From assembly GCA_963718615.1 (NCBI GenBank), contig OY970368.1:2006475-2070474 (forward strand): a stretch of 64,000 bases of DNA, in the 5' to 3' direction. Source of the stretch: an uncultured cyanobacterium. GTDB taxonomy: Bacteria > Cyanobacteriota > Cyanobacteriia > PCC-9006 > JAAUQQ01. Positions 22,336-31,235 of this stretch are shown one piece after another. The notes under the pieces are model-generated. The model did no database searches. It was not told the DNA's origin and was given only the letters and a program-made list of their open reading frames with translations. The position numbers and the translations under genes were made by a program. Numbering within the stretch: the stretch's first letter is position 1; every line of letters starts with the position of its first letter.

Positions 22336-23133
22336 GTGTCCTTGAACAAACGAGGTCCGACCTACGCGGCTCCGAGCAATCGAGATCACCTCAAGGATGG
22401 GGTGTTCTTGGTGGCGCTACGGGGAGCTCCCGATCGCGATACCCCCCGTCATCGGCAGCAGGTCTTTGACCATCTGATGGAACAATTTGAGCAAGGACTT
22501 CCCCCCTTTGATGGGGAAGACTGCTTTCTCAATGGATTGAGTGAGCAGGATTTGATTTATATTCCACCCTCCTCTGCAACGGCTATGAGCAAATCTTCGA
22601 CCAAGGGCTCCGACACTAAATCCTCCGACGCTAAATCCTCCGAGCCTAAATCTGCCGATACCCAATCTGCCGATACCCAATCCACGAACGCCAAATTCAC
22701 AGACAGCAAGTCTGCCGAGCAGGCGGAAGCTGAGGGCACGGTGACTCGAACAAGCGATCGCCCTCCCTCCAGCGCTGACGCTGCCTCTGAGGCGGAAGCT
22801 GTGATTTTGGCCGCCAACGAAATTTTGGATCTAGCTAAACTGCGGGTGGCCCTCGCCAGTGCCTTTCGAGAGGCCCAGCAGTACAAAGACCTAGTTTTTA
22901 AGATTGTCAACGACAACGCCGGTCATCTCAGCGAAGAAGAATGCGAAATTGTTTCGCAGAAAAACTTTGCCAAAAGCATTCGGGGGTTAGCCGAAGCCCG
23001 CGTCAAGATTACCCAATGGTATGAAAATTCTTCAGGGAACCATGAGCTGATTTTGAATGAGCTGAGTTTTATGAACGAGGAAATTGCTGAGACCTTGGCG
23101 ATCGCCGAACAAAACGGCAAATCGACGAACTAA
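22336..23133 (+). CDS. hypothetical protein with Ser/Lys/Asp-rich low-complexity linker; start uncertain (GTG)
   Basis: ORF track; repeats SDTKSSDAKSSEPKSADTQSADTQS. Confidence 0.4.
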   Translation: MSLNKRGPTYAAPSNRDHLKDGVFLVALRGAPDRDTPRHRQQVFDHLMEQFEQGLPPFDGEDCFLNGLSEQDLIYIPPSSATAMSKSSTKGSDTKSSDAKSSEPKSADTQSADTQSTNAKFTDSKSAEQAEAEGTVTRTSDRPPSSADAASEAEAVILAANEILDLAKLRVALASAFREAQQYKDLVFKIVNDNAGHLSEEECEIVSQKNFAKSIRGLAEARVKITQWYENSSGNHELILNELSFMNEEIAETLAIAEQNGKSTN

Positions 23134-23678
23134 CGCACCCCCAGAAACCGTCCCTGGCGATCGACCACCGCGATATCCCACTGCCCATTGCGACTGAGCT
23201 CAAAGGCTATGCGCTCCCCATTGGCACTGATGCTGGGGTTGCGCACTTCGCTGTTTAATCCAGAGACTAGACTACGGACCTGTGCCCGATCTCGTCGATA
23301 AAGGAACAGGGCCGATCGCCCCCCTTGACTGGCGGTAAAGACTAACCACTGACCATCCTCGGAAACGCTGGGATGGCTGGCGAGATTGCCCAAACGACCA
23401 ATGCCAGGAAGGGGGAGCAAGCGGCGATCGCGCAGGTCAAACAAATACAGCTCCTGGCTGCCGCGCCGGTCTGAGACCAAGGCAATATAACGCCCTGAAA
23501 CCTGGGGCTGAACTTCGTCATAGCGGCTGTTGAGGCTATTATTGCCATCCTGCTGGTAGGGGAAGCGCAAGGGCTGACCGCCGCTGACCGCCGAGCATCC
23601 GCCGAGGAGGAGCAACAGCCAGAAGAGAGTCACAGACTGAATGACAACAGGTCCAAACTTTACAGGTCTAAACTTCAA
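23130..23678 (-). CDS. TolB-like (PD40/WD40-like beta-propeller repeat) lipoprotein
   Basis: Signal peptide with lipobox LLGGC; PD40-like repeats. Confidence 0.6.
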   Translation of the reverse strand: MKFRPVKFGPVVIQSVTLFWLLLLLGGCSAVSGGQPLRFPYQQDGNNSLNSRYDEVQPQVSGRYIALVSDRRGSQELYLFDLRDRRLLPLPGIGRLGNLASHPSVSEDGQWLVFTASQGGRSALFLYRRDRAQVRSLVSGLNSEVRNPSISANGERIAFELSRNGQWDIAVVDRQGRFLGVR

Positions 23679-24262
23679 GGGGCAGTCCCTCCGGCTTCAG
23701 GGTCTGAGAGCGCTGGAAGTCCTGGGGGAATACCCTGGGGGAGATCTAGCACCACGCTCGGCCCTCGATCGATCACTTCGACATCCCACTGGCCGTTTCG
23801 CGCCGTTTCAAATACCACATACCGACCATCGGCACTTACGCTGGGATTACGGACGGGGCTACGGTAGCCCAAGGTCAAAATTTGTCGGCGTTGGGCAATG
23901 CGATCATACAGTTCGATACGGGGTTGACGGCGATCGCTCACCCCATAAACCAAATACCGAGCCGAGCGGCTTAAGCTCGGACTGTCCACGATAGCATCTT
24001 GGCGATATAGCTGAGGTAGCCGCACCGCCTGTTGTTGTGCCAAATCATAGAGCACCAGCTCCTGTTTTCCCGCGCGATTAGAAATAAACGCGAGATAGCG
24101 ACCATCGCCGCTCAGTGCCGGTTGGGATTCGGTATAGCGGCTGTTGACCGTTGCATAGCTGCCCAGGGAGGGGGAAGGCTGGCAACCCACTAGGCCCAGC
24201 GCTGTGGCAAACACCATCCCGAGAAAAATGGGTGCCGCAGCACCCACTCCCTTCTTAGTCAT
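23675..24262 (-). CDS. TolB-like (PD40 repeat) lipoprotein, paralog of preceding; start at MTKKGV (longer ORF to 24337 overlaps ycf66 end)
   Basis: Lipobox LVGC; PD40-like repeats; tandem duplicate. Confidence 0.6.
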   Translation of the reverse strand: MTKKGVGAAAPIFLGMVFATALGLVGCQPSPSLGSYATVNSRYTESQPALSGDGRYLAFISNRAGKQELVLYDLAQQQAVRLPQLYRQDAIVDSPSLSRSARYLVYGVSDRRQPRIELYDRIAQRRQILTLGYRSPVRNPSVSADGRYVVFETARNGQWDVEVIDRGPSVVLDLPQGIPPGLPALSDPEAGGTAP

Positions 24263-25421
24263 CAAAATTCGATGAATTATCAAACTCATCCTCGGGCGGC
24301 GGGGTGAGGGGTTTGAACTCCACATAACCCTCGTCACCGGATCTAGGGCTAGAGGTCGGTGTATTGGGTTTCGGCTCTGGACGGAGGGGAGAGCCGAGAG
24401 GAGGCTGGCCTGTTCTGTCCATGGGAGAACGGTCTATCGGAGAACGTTCCATTGGAGGACGATCGCCCTGGGGACGATCGGCAGAAGAACGACGCCGCCG
24501 GGGGCGATCGCCCAAGTCTTCATCCACGACTGGATTCACCGGAGGCACATCATTGCGAGGACGACGGCGGGGCGGTGGGCTGAGGTCATCCGGATTGCGA
24601 ACTCCCAAATCCCGAGGATTGACGTCCCGAGGATTTACATCCCGAGGATTTACATCCCGAGAATTCACCTCGCGGGCTCCACCTTCCCGCGCACCCCGAT
24701 CCCGCACCGGTTCATCGCCCCAATCATCCGCAGAACGACTCGGCGTCACCGGGGGCACCTCCCGACGAGGGGGCTGACTGCTGCGACTGCGCGGTTGGCG
24801 ATCGTCCCATTCATCCAGCGAAGCACGACCCCGCTCCCGAGGGCGATCGACTACATCCTGGGAAGGACGACTTCGGCGGCTACTATCCTGGGAAGGATAA
24901 CCCTGGGGAGCACGGCGTGCAGGAGCATCCAACTCCTCCTCATAGCCTTCCCGAGGTTCACTGCCCCGAATCCGGCGCGGCTGGCGGCGTGGGTCATCCG
25001 GGCGATCGTAGGTATCAATCTCAGCCTCATAGCGATAGACCGTGCTCACCGGTCTATCCTCCTCATAGAACGATGAACTGCGGCGACCCCGGTCCCGTTC
25101 GGTGCTGACCCGTTTCCGAAAGCTATCGAAGGCTCCTCGGCGTAGACCTGGGTCTCTAGGCTGTCGGGTACTCACGTTTTCCCACATCAGCGCGATCAGC
25201 ATGCCAATCATGAGCAGGAGCTGAAACGAAATTAAAATTGAAACACCAGAGATCGATCCCAGGGTGATCAGCGCACAAATCACACCAATAAAAGCGTAGA
25301 TGTTGTCCGAGTCACGCCGCAGCTCAGGCTTCAACCGCCCAAACAAAAACAAGGCAAGTGCTGCAACCAGAAGAACCAGACCACATAGCAGTGCAGTTGT
25401 ATTAAACGTACCCACAATCAT
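24255..25421 (-). CDS. ycf66: Ycf66-family membrane protein with very long Arg/Asp/Pro-rich disordered C-terminal tail
   Basis: N-terminal about 80 aa two-TM Ycf66 domain (GRLKPELRRDSDNIYAFIGVICALITL); tail with VNPRD x4 repeats. Confidence 0.65.
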   Translation of the reverse strand: MIVGTFNTTALLCGLVLLVAALALFLFGRLKPELRRDSDNIYAFIGVICALITLGSISGVSILISFQLLLMIGMLIALMWENVSTRQPRDPGLRRGAFDSFRKRVSTERDRGRRSSSFYEEDRPVSTVYRYEAEIDTYDRPDDPRRQPRRIRGSEPREGYEEELDAPARRAPQGYPSQDSSRRSRPSQDVVDRPRERGRASLDEWDDRQPRSRSSQPPRREVPPVTPSRSADDWGDEPVRDRGAREGGAREVNSRDVNPRDVNPRDVNPRDLGVRNPDDLSPPPRRRPRNDVPPVNPVVDEDLGDRPRRRRSSADRPQGDRPPMERSPIDRSPMDRTGQPPLGSPLRPEPKPNTPTSSPRSGDEGYVEFKPLTPPPEDEFDNSSNFDD

Positions 25422-25721
25422 TTCCTCTCATCGGCTGCCAACTGCACAGTAGAGACAGATCTGCCCCTTGGAACAGGGCCGCAACAATCTGCATTAAGCC
25501 ACTGCCCAACGTCGCCTGGGCGAAGAGCGGGGGCATCACTGCCCCGGTCGCACAACCTATTGGGGTCATCGATAAAAGGTTCACTCGTTAACTCCGTCCT
25601 GTGGGAAGCATCATCCTGGAAAAGTATGCTTCTAGAAGCAAGTCTAGAAGCAGGTCTGGGCTCTACGGGCCGCCCTTATCCTACCCGATGGGGACCCTTT
25701 CGTCCTCTACCTATCCTAGCC

Positions 25722-25760
25722 AAAAAGCGAACGGACTCTCCGGCGAGAGTCCGTTGCTAA
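25722..25760 (-). terminator. rho-independent terminator downstream of psbX
   Basis: gagagtccgtt/aacggactctc hairpin followed by ctttttg on minus strand. Confidence 0.65.
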
Positions 25761-25829
25761 GGGGGATTGGAATAGGGTAATGCAATAAAAACGGCGTCTC
25801 GCACTCCAAGGCGAAACCCCGAGGAGAGA

Positions 25830-25949
25830 TTAGGAGCGTTTTACCTTATCGGTTTGGCTGACGAACAGGAGCCCAACGGTGAGCGGAACAACGACGATCA
25901 ATCCACCCAACAGAAGGCTCAACATGAAGTTTGCTAAAGACGGTGTCAT
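25830..25949 (-). CDS. psbX: photosystem II reaction-centre protein X (39 aa); absent from ORF track (below size cut-off)
   Basis: Hand translation [39 protein letters not shown] matches PsbX consensus; terminator follows. Confidence 0.8.
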   Translation of the reverse strand: MTPSLANFMLSLLLGGLIVVVPLTVGLLFVSQTDKVKRS

Positions 25950-26064
25950 ATTTTTCTACCCTTTTATGAGGATACAGGCGCGATAAAGTCTGTTGCTTAA
26001 GATTTTAGCGGTATGCCCCCCTTCTCGTTAAGATCTTGTAAGAGAGTCTTTAAGTTTTGCAACT

Positions 26065-26370
26065 ATGACGGCGCTGACGATTACGAGTTGGATCCTGGGA
26101 CCGCTGCTGGCAGTCATGACGTTTGCGTTCATTTTTCGGATTGTTTTGACTTGGTATCCCCAGGTTGAGCAGGGAAAGTTTCCGTTTAATTGGGTCATTG
26201 CGCCGACGGAACCGTTCTTGGCTCCGACCCGCAAGCTGGTGCCCCCGATTGGCGGGGTGGATATTTCACCCATTATTTGGGTGGGACTGTTTAGTCTGGT
26301 GCGGGAGATTCTCCTCGGCCAGCAAGGGCTGATTACGATGGCAATAACGGCGATGACGGTTGGGGTGTAG
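26065..26370 (+). CDS. yggT: YggT family membrane protein (Ycf19)
   Basis: YggT motifs (IFRIVLTWYP, ISPIIWVGL). Confidence 0.85.
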   Translation: MTALTITSWILGPLLAVMTFAFIFRIVLTWYPQVEQGKFPFNWVIAPTEPFLAPTRKLVPPIGGVDISPIIWVGLFSLVREILLGQQGLITMAITAMTVGV

Positions 26371-27637
26371 CTAGGACCTTATCGACTCGGTTGCCATCCA
26401 TATCCATGACCTCGAAGGTCCAGCCTGCGTACTCGAACCGGTCTGCTGCGCGGGGAATTTTTCCTAGACAGTGGATCACAAAGCCGCCGAGGGTGTGATA
26501 GCTGCCGCGATTTTCCGGTTCTTCGAGTTTGAGAAGGTCTTGTACCGCTTCAATATCCATCATGCCGTCAATCAGCCAAGAACCGTCTTCGCGCTGCTGA
26601 GCTTCTAATTCTTCTGGGGTATCCCAGGAGGGCACATCCCCCACAAGGGCTTCTAAGATGTCCCCGAGGGTGACCAAGCCCTGAATGACGCCATATTCAT
26701 CAATCACTAGGGCGGTGTGGATGCGGGATTGTTTGAAGCGTTCTAGGACCTTGAGCGATCGCATGGTCTCCGGCACGACCAAGGGCTGTTCTAACTCCCT
26801 TGTCAGGTCAAAGGCTTGTTGGGCCAATGCGTTGTTGAGTAGATCATTGACGCTCACCAGCCCCAAAATGTCATCTAAATCTCCCTGACAAACGGGCAAC
26901 CGTCGATGCTTGCAATGGGCAATTTTTTGCTGGTTTTCCTGGCTAGAGTCTTCTAAATCAAGCCAAATGACGTCGGGACGAGGGGTCATGATGCTGCTGA
27001 CTTTGCGATCGCCCAGTCGAAACACCCGCTCCATGATGGCTTGTTCTTCCTCTTCGAACGTCCCTTCCTCGGTGCCTTGGCGAATAAACGCGCGGATTTC
27101 TTCCTCGGTGACGCTGGGTTCATTAGAGGGTTCGATCTGGAGCAGTCCCATGACCGCTTTTGTGGAGAGGCTTAGCAAACCGACAATGGGTGAGGCTAGG
27201 CGGGATAGGGTTTGCATCGGGCCTGCGATGGTTTTGGCGATCGCTTCGGGCATGGTCAGGGCCAGTTGCTTGGGCACCAGTTCGCCAATGATCAGCGACA
27301 GGTAGGTAATTGCAACTACAACTAGACCAAAGGCAAGATTTCCGGCATAGGGACGCAGAAGGGGGATGGTCTTAAAAAAGGTTGCGATGGGTTCCGACAG
27401 GGCTGCGCCGCCAAAGGCACCACTGATAATACTGATGAGGGTGATGCCAACCTGCACGGTGGAAAAAAAGTCGTTGGGTCGATTGGCCAATTGCAGGGCC
27501 GCTTGGGCACGGCGATCGCCCCGAAGGGCGGCCTGCTGAAGCCGAACTTTGCGGGCGGAGACGATTGCCAGTTCAGACATTGCAAAAATGCCGTTGGCCA
27601 GGATTAACGCCAGAACGATCAGGGTGTTGGTCAGCAT
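26333..27637 (-). CDS. hemolysin/CNNM family protein (DUF21 TM domain plus CBS pair plus CorC_HlyC)
   Basis: DUF21 N-term (ILANGIFAMSELAIVSAR), CBS pairs, C-terminal transporter-associated domain; 38-nt convergent overlap with yggT. Confidence 0.85.
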   Translation of the reverse strand: MLTNTLIVLALILANGIFAMSELAIVSARKVRLQQAALRGDRRAQAALQLANRPNDFFSTVQVGITLISIISGAFGGAALSEPIATFFKTIPLLRPYAGNLAFGLVVVAITYLSLIIGELVPKQLALTMPEAIAKTIAGPMQTLSRLASPIVGLLSLSTKAVMGLLQIEPSNEPSVTEEEIRAFIRQGTEEGTFEEEEQAIMERVFRLGDRKVSSIMTPRPDVIWLDLEDSSQENQQKIAHCKHRRLPVCQGDLDDILGLVSVNDLLNNALAQQAFDLTRELEQPLVVPETMRSLKVLERFKQSRIHTALVIDEYGVIQGLVTLGDILEALVGDVPSWDTPEELEAQQREDGSWLIDGMMDIEAVQDLLKLEEPENRGSYHTLGGFVIHCLGKIPRAADRFEYAGWTFEVMDMDGNRVDKVLATPQPSSPLLPS

Positions 27638-27758
27638 GGAGGAGTCAGAGGCAAGCCGTACTAGAGCAATAAAGCGTAGCCTTCACATCCTAAGCGGATC
27701 AGTGAGTTTAGAATAAAACTATAACCTGTCCTGCAAACGGATTTTTGAGGCGATTAGG

Positions 27759-28232
27759 ATGTTGAAGTTCTTATTTCCAGTACTATTTGCGGTCTCTTTA
27801 AGTGCTTGTGGTGTTTCAGGCAATGGTCCAGCTAGCCAACAGGATCTAGTCTTTAAACTTCTTCAGGAGCGGGAATGCCTAGAATGTAATTTGACAAACG
27901 CCAGTCTATCCAAAACTAACCTTAGCCAAGTTCGTCTGAACCGGAGCAACTTACAATCCGCTGATCTAAGTCAAGCGGATCTTTCAGGTGCGTTGTTAGA
28001 CAGTACCAATTTACAAGATGCTAATTTAAGCGAGGCCAACCTCACGGGTGCAACCCTAGCCGATGCTGATTTAACTGGGGCAAATCTATCAAGGGCTAAC
28101 CTAAACAATACCTTTTTGTCAGGTGCGATCTTAACAGGAGCTGACTTGAGTAATGCCGATTTAAGTACAGCGGATTTGAGCGCAGTCGATCTATCCCAAG
28201 CAAAAACTACTGGAGCAAAGTTACCCCAGTAG
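27759..28232 (+). CDS. pentapeptide-repeat lipoprotein
   Basis: Lipobox LSAC; tandem A(D/N)LSxx pentapeptide repeats. Confidence 0.75.
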   Translation: MLKFLFPVLFAVSLSACGVSGNGPASQQDLVFKLLQERECLECNLTNASLSKTNLSQVRLNRSNLQSADLSQADLSGALLDSTNLQDANLSEANLTGATLADADLTGANLSRANLNNTFLSGAILTGADLSNADLSTADLSAVDLSQAKTTGAKLPQ

Positions 28233-28307
28233 AGCAGTTATGGAGAGGAAGTGAAAATCAGTGTAAAACTAGTCTAAAACCAGTCTAAAACTAGGCTGAT
28301 ATGTTTT

Positions 28308-29357
28308 CTATTTCCAGCCAACGCGATTAGCAATTTTGATTGCTTCTGAGCTGTTACGGCCATAGCTCACTATATTGATATTTGCCTCCTTAAAGGAGCC
28401 ATAGCGAGCTAGAATTGAGTCTAGCTGTACCCCTTTAGTAACGGGGTATTCATTGTTTCCTCTTGCAAAGAAGTCTTGAGCTTTAGGGCTACTGAGGTAT
28501 TCCAAAAACTTAATGGCGGCGGCTTTATTCTTAGAGGTAGACACAACACCTCCTCCACTAATATTGACATGGGTTCCCCAGGTTTTCTGATTGGGGAAGA
28601 AGATGCCGACCTTACGGGCGATCGCCTGTTCTTTCGGGTCCTGGGATTTGACCAGTCGAATCACATAGTAGCTATTACAAATTGCTAGATCACCCATCCC
28701 TGCGGCTACAGCTCGAATTTGATCCGTATCGCCACCTTCCGGTTGTCTGGCTAGGTTTTTAACAAGGCCCTGAGCCCATCTTTCAGTGTTGGCTTTTCCT
28801 AATTTTTCAATCAGCGCTGACATTAATGAAACGTTATAGACGTTGCTAGAAGAACGAACCAAAAGTTTGCCTTTCCATTTGGCATTGGCCAAGTCTTCGT
28901 AGGTGGAAAGTTGGGTGGGATTGATGCGATCGCGATTGTAAACAATAATCCGCGCTCGTTTAGACAAGCCATACCATTTGCCCTGGGGATGGCGTAAATT
29001 ACCGGGAATACGCTGGTTTAAAACTGACGAAGAACTGGAAGCCAACAGGCCCATGCTCTCCGCCCGCCAAAGGCGTCCCGCATCTACCGTAATCAAAACA
29101 TCTGCCGGACCATTGCGACCTTCGCTTTTGATCCGCTCCAAAATTTCATCGTCTTTACCCTCCAACAGATTGATCTTGATTCCTGTCTGCTCGGTAAAGC
29201 CGGAATAAAGGGCGTTATCTGTGTTGTAGTGGCGTGATGAATAAACGTTAAGAACTTTAGTTTGGGCTTCACTGGGCTGCGATCGCAACAGTTGTACTCC
29301 CCCAAACGCGGCGCTTGCCATTCCCATCGCTACAAACCTACGCCGAGTCGTTGTCAT
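28308..29357 (-). CDS. Fe(3+) ABC transporter periplasmic substrate-binding protein (FutA/IdiA/AfuA family), Tat-type signal
   Basis: RRRFV twin-arginine signal; FutA-like sequence over full length. Confidence 0.8.
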   Translation of the reverse strand: MTTTRRRFVAMGMASAAFGGVQLLRSQPSEAQTKVLNVYSSRHYNTDNALYSGFTEQTGIKINLLEGKDDEILERIKSEGRNGPADVLITVDAGRLWRAESMGLLASSSSSVLNQRIPGNLRHPQGKWYGLSKRARIIVYNRDRINPTQLSTYEDLANAKWKGKLLVRSSSNVYNVSLMSALIEKLGKANTERWAQGLVKNLARQPEGGDTDQIRAVAAGMGDLAICNSYYVIRLVKSQDPKEQAIARKVGIFFPNQKTWGTHVNISGGGVVSTSKNKAAAIKFLEYLSSPKAQDFFARGNNEYPVTKGVQLDSILARYGSFKEANINIVSYGRNSSEAIKIANRVGWK

Positions 29358-29664
29358 GTCAATTGCCGTCCTACTATTGAGAATAAATTACATTAAAGCT
29401 GATATTAAAATCAATAAACCAAAAAATCAAACAAAAGTCATTATTAATTATGCTTGTATTAATGAGAATGCCTTGATCCAGCTGTGGAGCGATCTATGTG
29501 AGAATTCTAGGATTTATAGGCTTTGAGGCAGTTATTCTTGAGGTATCGGTGGCTTCTGGGATCAACCCCAGCTCAAGCTTTATTGACATTTTTTTGTATT
29601 ATGTTTGTCTTTTGCTACCTAGTCTTCTAGGCTAATTGATAGACAATTTCAATAGAGAAGAGAC

Positions 29665-30405
29665 ATGGCTCAGCGCTTAAGGGTGGTGGAACTGTTTCTG
29701 GCTGTAGGTTTGACCGCATCAATGGCAGCCTGCACAGCCCCCTCTGACTTGAGAGGGAAAAGGACAGCAGAAAGTACGCCAGCTCCGGCGGTGGAATCAA
29801 GCGTAGAAAGACAGGAAGGCGGCGAAGGCGGTGAGGGCGGCGAAGAGGGTGCTGCCACCGCAAACTTGAATTGGGGGAATCGGTTTGACGAGGCTTCAGT
29901 GATTTCTGGCTTTACCAAGGCAACAGAAATCGATCAAGCTACATTAGAAGCAAGTACTTTCTATGTTCAAACCTTAGGAGTACCCGCACGAACACTCATG
30001 CAAGAGGCTATGGTGCGCAAAGGTGAGCGGTTATTTGAGCAGGCGAATTGTACGGCTTGTCATCTGGCGACGGTGAAGACAGGTTCTTCTCCGATTCGGG
30101 CTTTAGATCACCAAACCATTCATCCCTATACTGATTTGCTACTCCATGATCTAGGGCCAGGATTAGCGGATAACCGACCGGATTTTGAGGCAAGTGGCCA
30201 GGAATGGCGGACATCACCGCTATGGGGGCTAGGGTTAACGCAGACGGTTTTGCCGTTTTCAGGATATCTTCATGATGGACGTGCCCGAACCGTGGAGGAA
30301 GCGATTCTTTGGCATGGGGGCGAGGCGGAAAAGGCTCAACAGAGGTTTGTTAAGCTATCGCTGAAGGATCGTCAGGCACTATTAAAGTTTTTGAATACTT
30401 TGTAA
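29665..30405 (+). CDS. c-type cytochrome lipoprotein (single CXXCH), resembling C-terminal module of DUF1111 di-heme peroxidase-like proteins
   Basis: Lipobox SMAAC; Gly/Glu linker; CTACH heme motif; divergent from iron SBP gene. Confidence 0.55.
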   Translation: MAQRLRVVELFLAVGLTASMAACTAPSDLRGKRTAESTPAPAVESSVERQEGGEGGEGGEEGAATANLNWGNRFDEASVISGFTKATEIDQATLEASTFYVQTLGVPARTLMQEAMVRKGERLFEQANCTACHLATVKTGSSPIRALDHQTIHPYTDLLLHDLGPGLADNRPDFEASGQEWRTSPLWGLGLTQTVLPFSGYLHDGRARTVEEAILWHGGEAEKAQQRFVKLSLKDRQALLKFLNTL

Positions 30406-30587
30406 TACCCGAAGCAAGATGTGATCCCTTGACCTTGGTCTATGGCTACCGATCGCCCATAACCTATGCTAGCTTGGAGCCGAATCCGCAGCAGCTTGCA
30501 AGGCAGCGGTTCAGGTTCTGTCTGCCTGACCGGCTCGCTTGGCCTCTGGCCAATGCGTGTGTCACCCAGCATGTTGCCCAGATTCAC

Positions 30588-30658
30588 CGCCGGATTTGCT
30601 CAGTGGTCGAGCCGCTGTCTCACGGATAGTGCAGGTGGGTTCGAATCCCACATCCAGC
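30588..30658 (+). tRNA. tRNA-like gene, anticodon CAC (Val) with G37, wobble-rich anticodon stem and C3:A70 mismatch; possible pseudo-tRNA
   Basis: Manual cloverleaf: GCCGGAT-TT-GCTC-AGTGGTC-GAGC-C-GCTGT-CTCACGG-ATAGT-GCAG-GTGGG-TTCGAAT-CCCAC-ATCCAGC-T; no encoded CCA. Confidence 0.4.
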
Positions 30659-30665
30659 TCCAACC

Positions 30666-30740
30666 CAAAAGTTAGCTCACTGGTAGAGCATCAGACTCAT
30701 ACTCTGACTGTTGCAGGTTCGATTCCTGCACTTTTAACCA
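30666..30740 (+). tRNA. tRNA with CAU anticodon (Met or Ile2-lysidine type), AT-rich acceptor stem, C1:A72 mismatch, encoded CCA
   Basis: Manual cloverleaf: CAAAAGT-TA-GCTC-ACTGGTA-GAGC-A-TCAGA-CTCATAC-TCTGA-CTGTT-GCAGG-TTCGATT-CCTGC-ACTTTTA-A-CCA. Confidence 0.55.
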
Positions 30741-31177
30741 CCCCGCCTTTGGGTTAAGAGGCAACTGATTTGGGATCAGTCCAACGCTGTTTTTAAAGAC
30801 TTCGCTGGGCCAGTGTTCCGCCTCTGTTGGGCTTCGGCTCAGACAGAAGCAGCAGCCCAAGGCTTGCGCGATCGCCCTCTGCTTTGGTTCCCACAGAACG
30901 GTTTGCCCTCGCTTGAGTTTGTCCTTCCTCCCCGACGTTTCCCTAGACTAGAACTTCGGCTCAGGTCCCTTGGAAATGGAGGCGCAACGAACGACAAATC
31001 CGCCCCAGTTCAAATTTTTAGCGCTGTCTTCGGGCATCCTAGGGTTTGGGTTGAGGCTTAATCCAGCGATCGCACCCCCTGCGTGACCCCTGCCATGGCC
31101 CATCGTCCGCCCCACCGCTGTGAACCCGTGCCTTGCGGAGTCTTTGTCTTTTATGTAGCATTTGTATTACATACGCC

Positions 31178-31229
31178 TGTTGTCTGTGAGTGTTGTCTGT
31201 GAGCGTCGTCTGTGAGCGTCGTCTGTGAG
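31178..31229 (+). repeat. 4 x 13-bp direct repeat (TGTTGTCTGTGAG x2, CGTCGTCTGTGAG x2) ending 6 nt before the ATG of the SPFH gene
   Basis: Read directly from sequence. Confidence 0.9.
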
Positions 31230-31235
31230 TGAAAT

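Noticed and set aside
30588-31100. Possible permuted (two-piece) tmRNA, suggested by TTCGAAT T-loop elements and an ORF ending ...AVFGHPRVWVEA
   Set aside because: Both elements fold as complete cloverleafs with D- and anticodon arms. There is no tag reading frame ending in the usual (L/V)AA and no recognisable pseudoknots or resume codon context.
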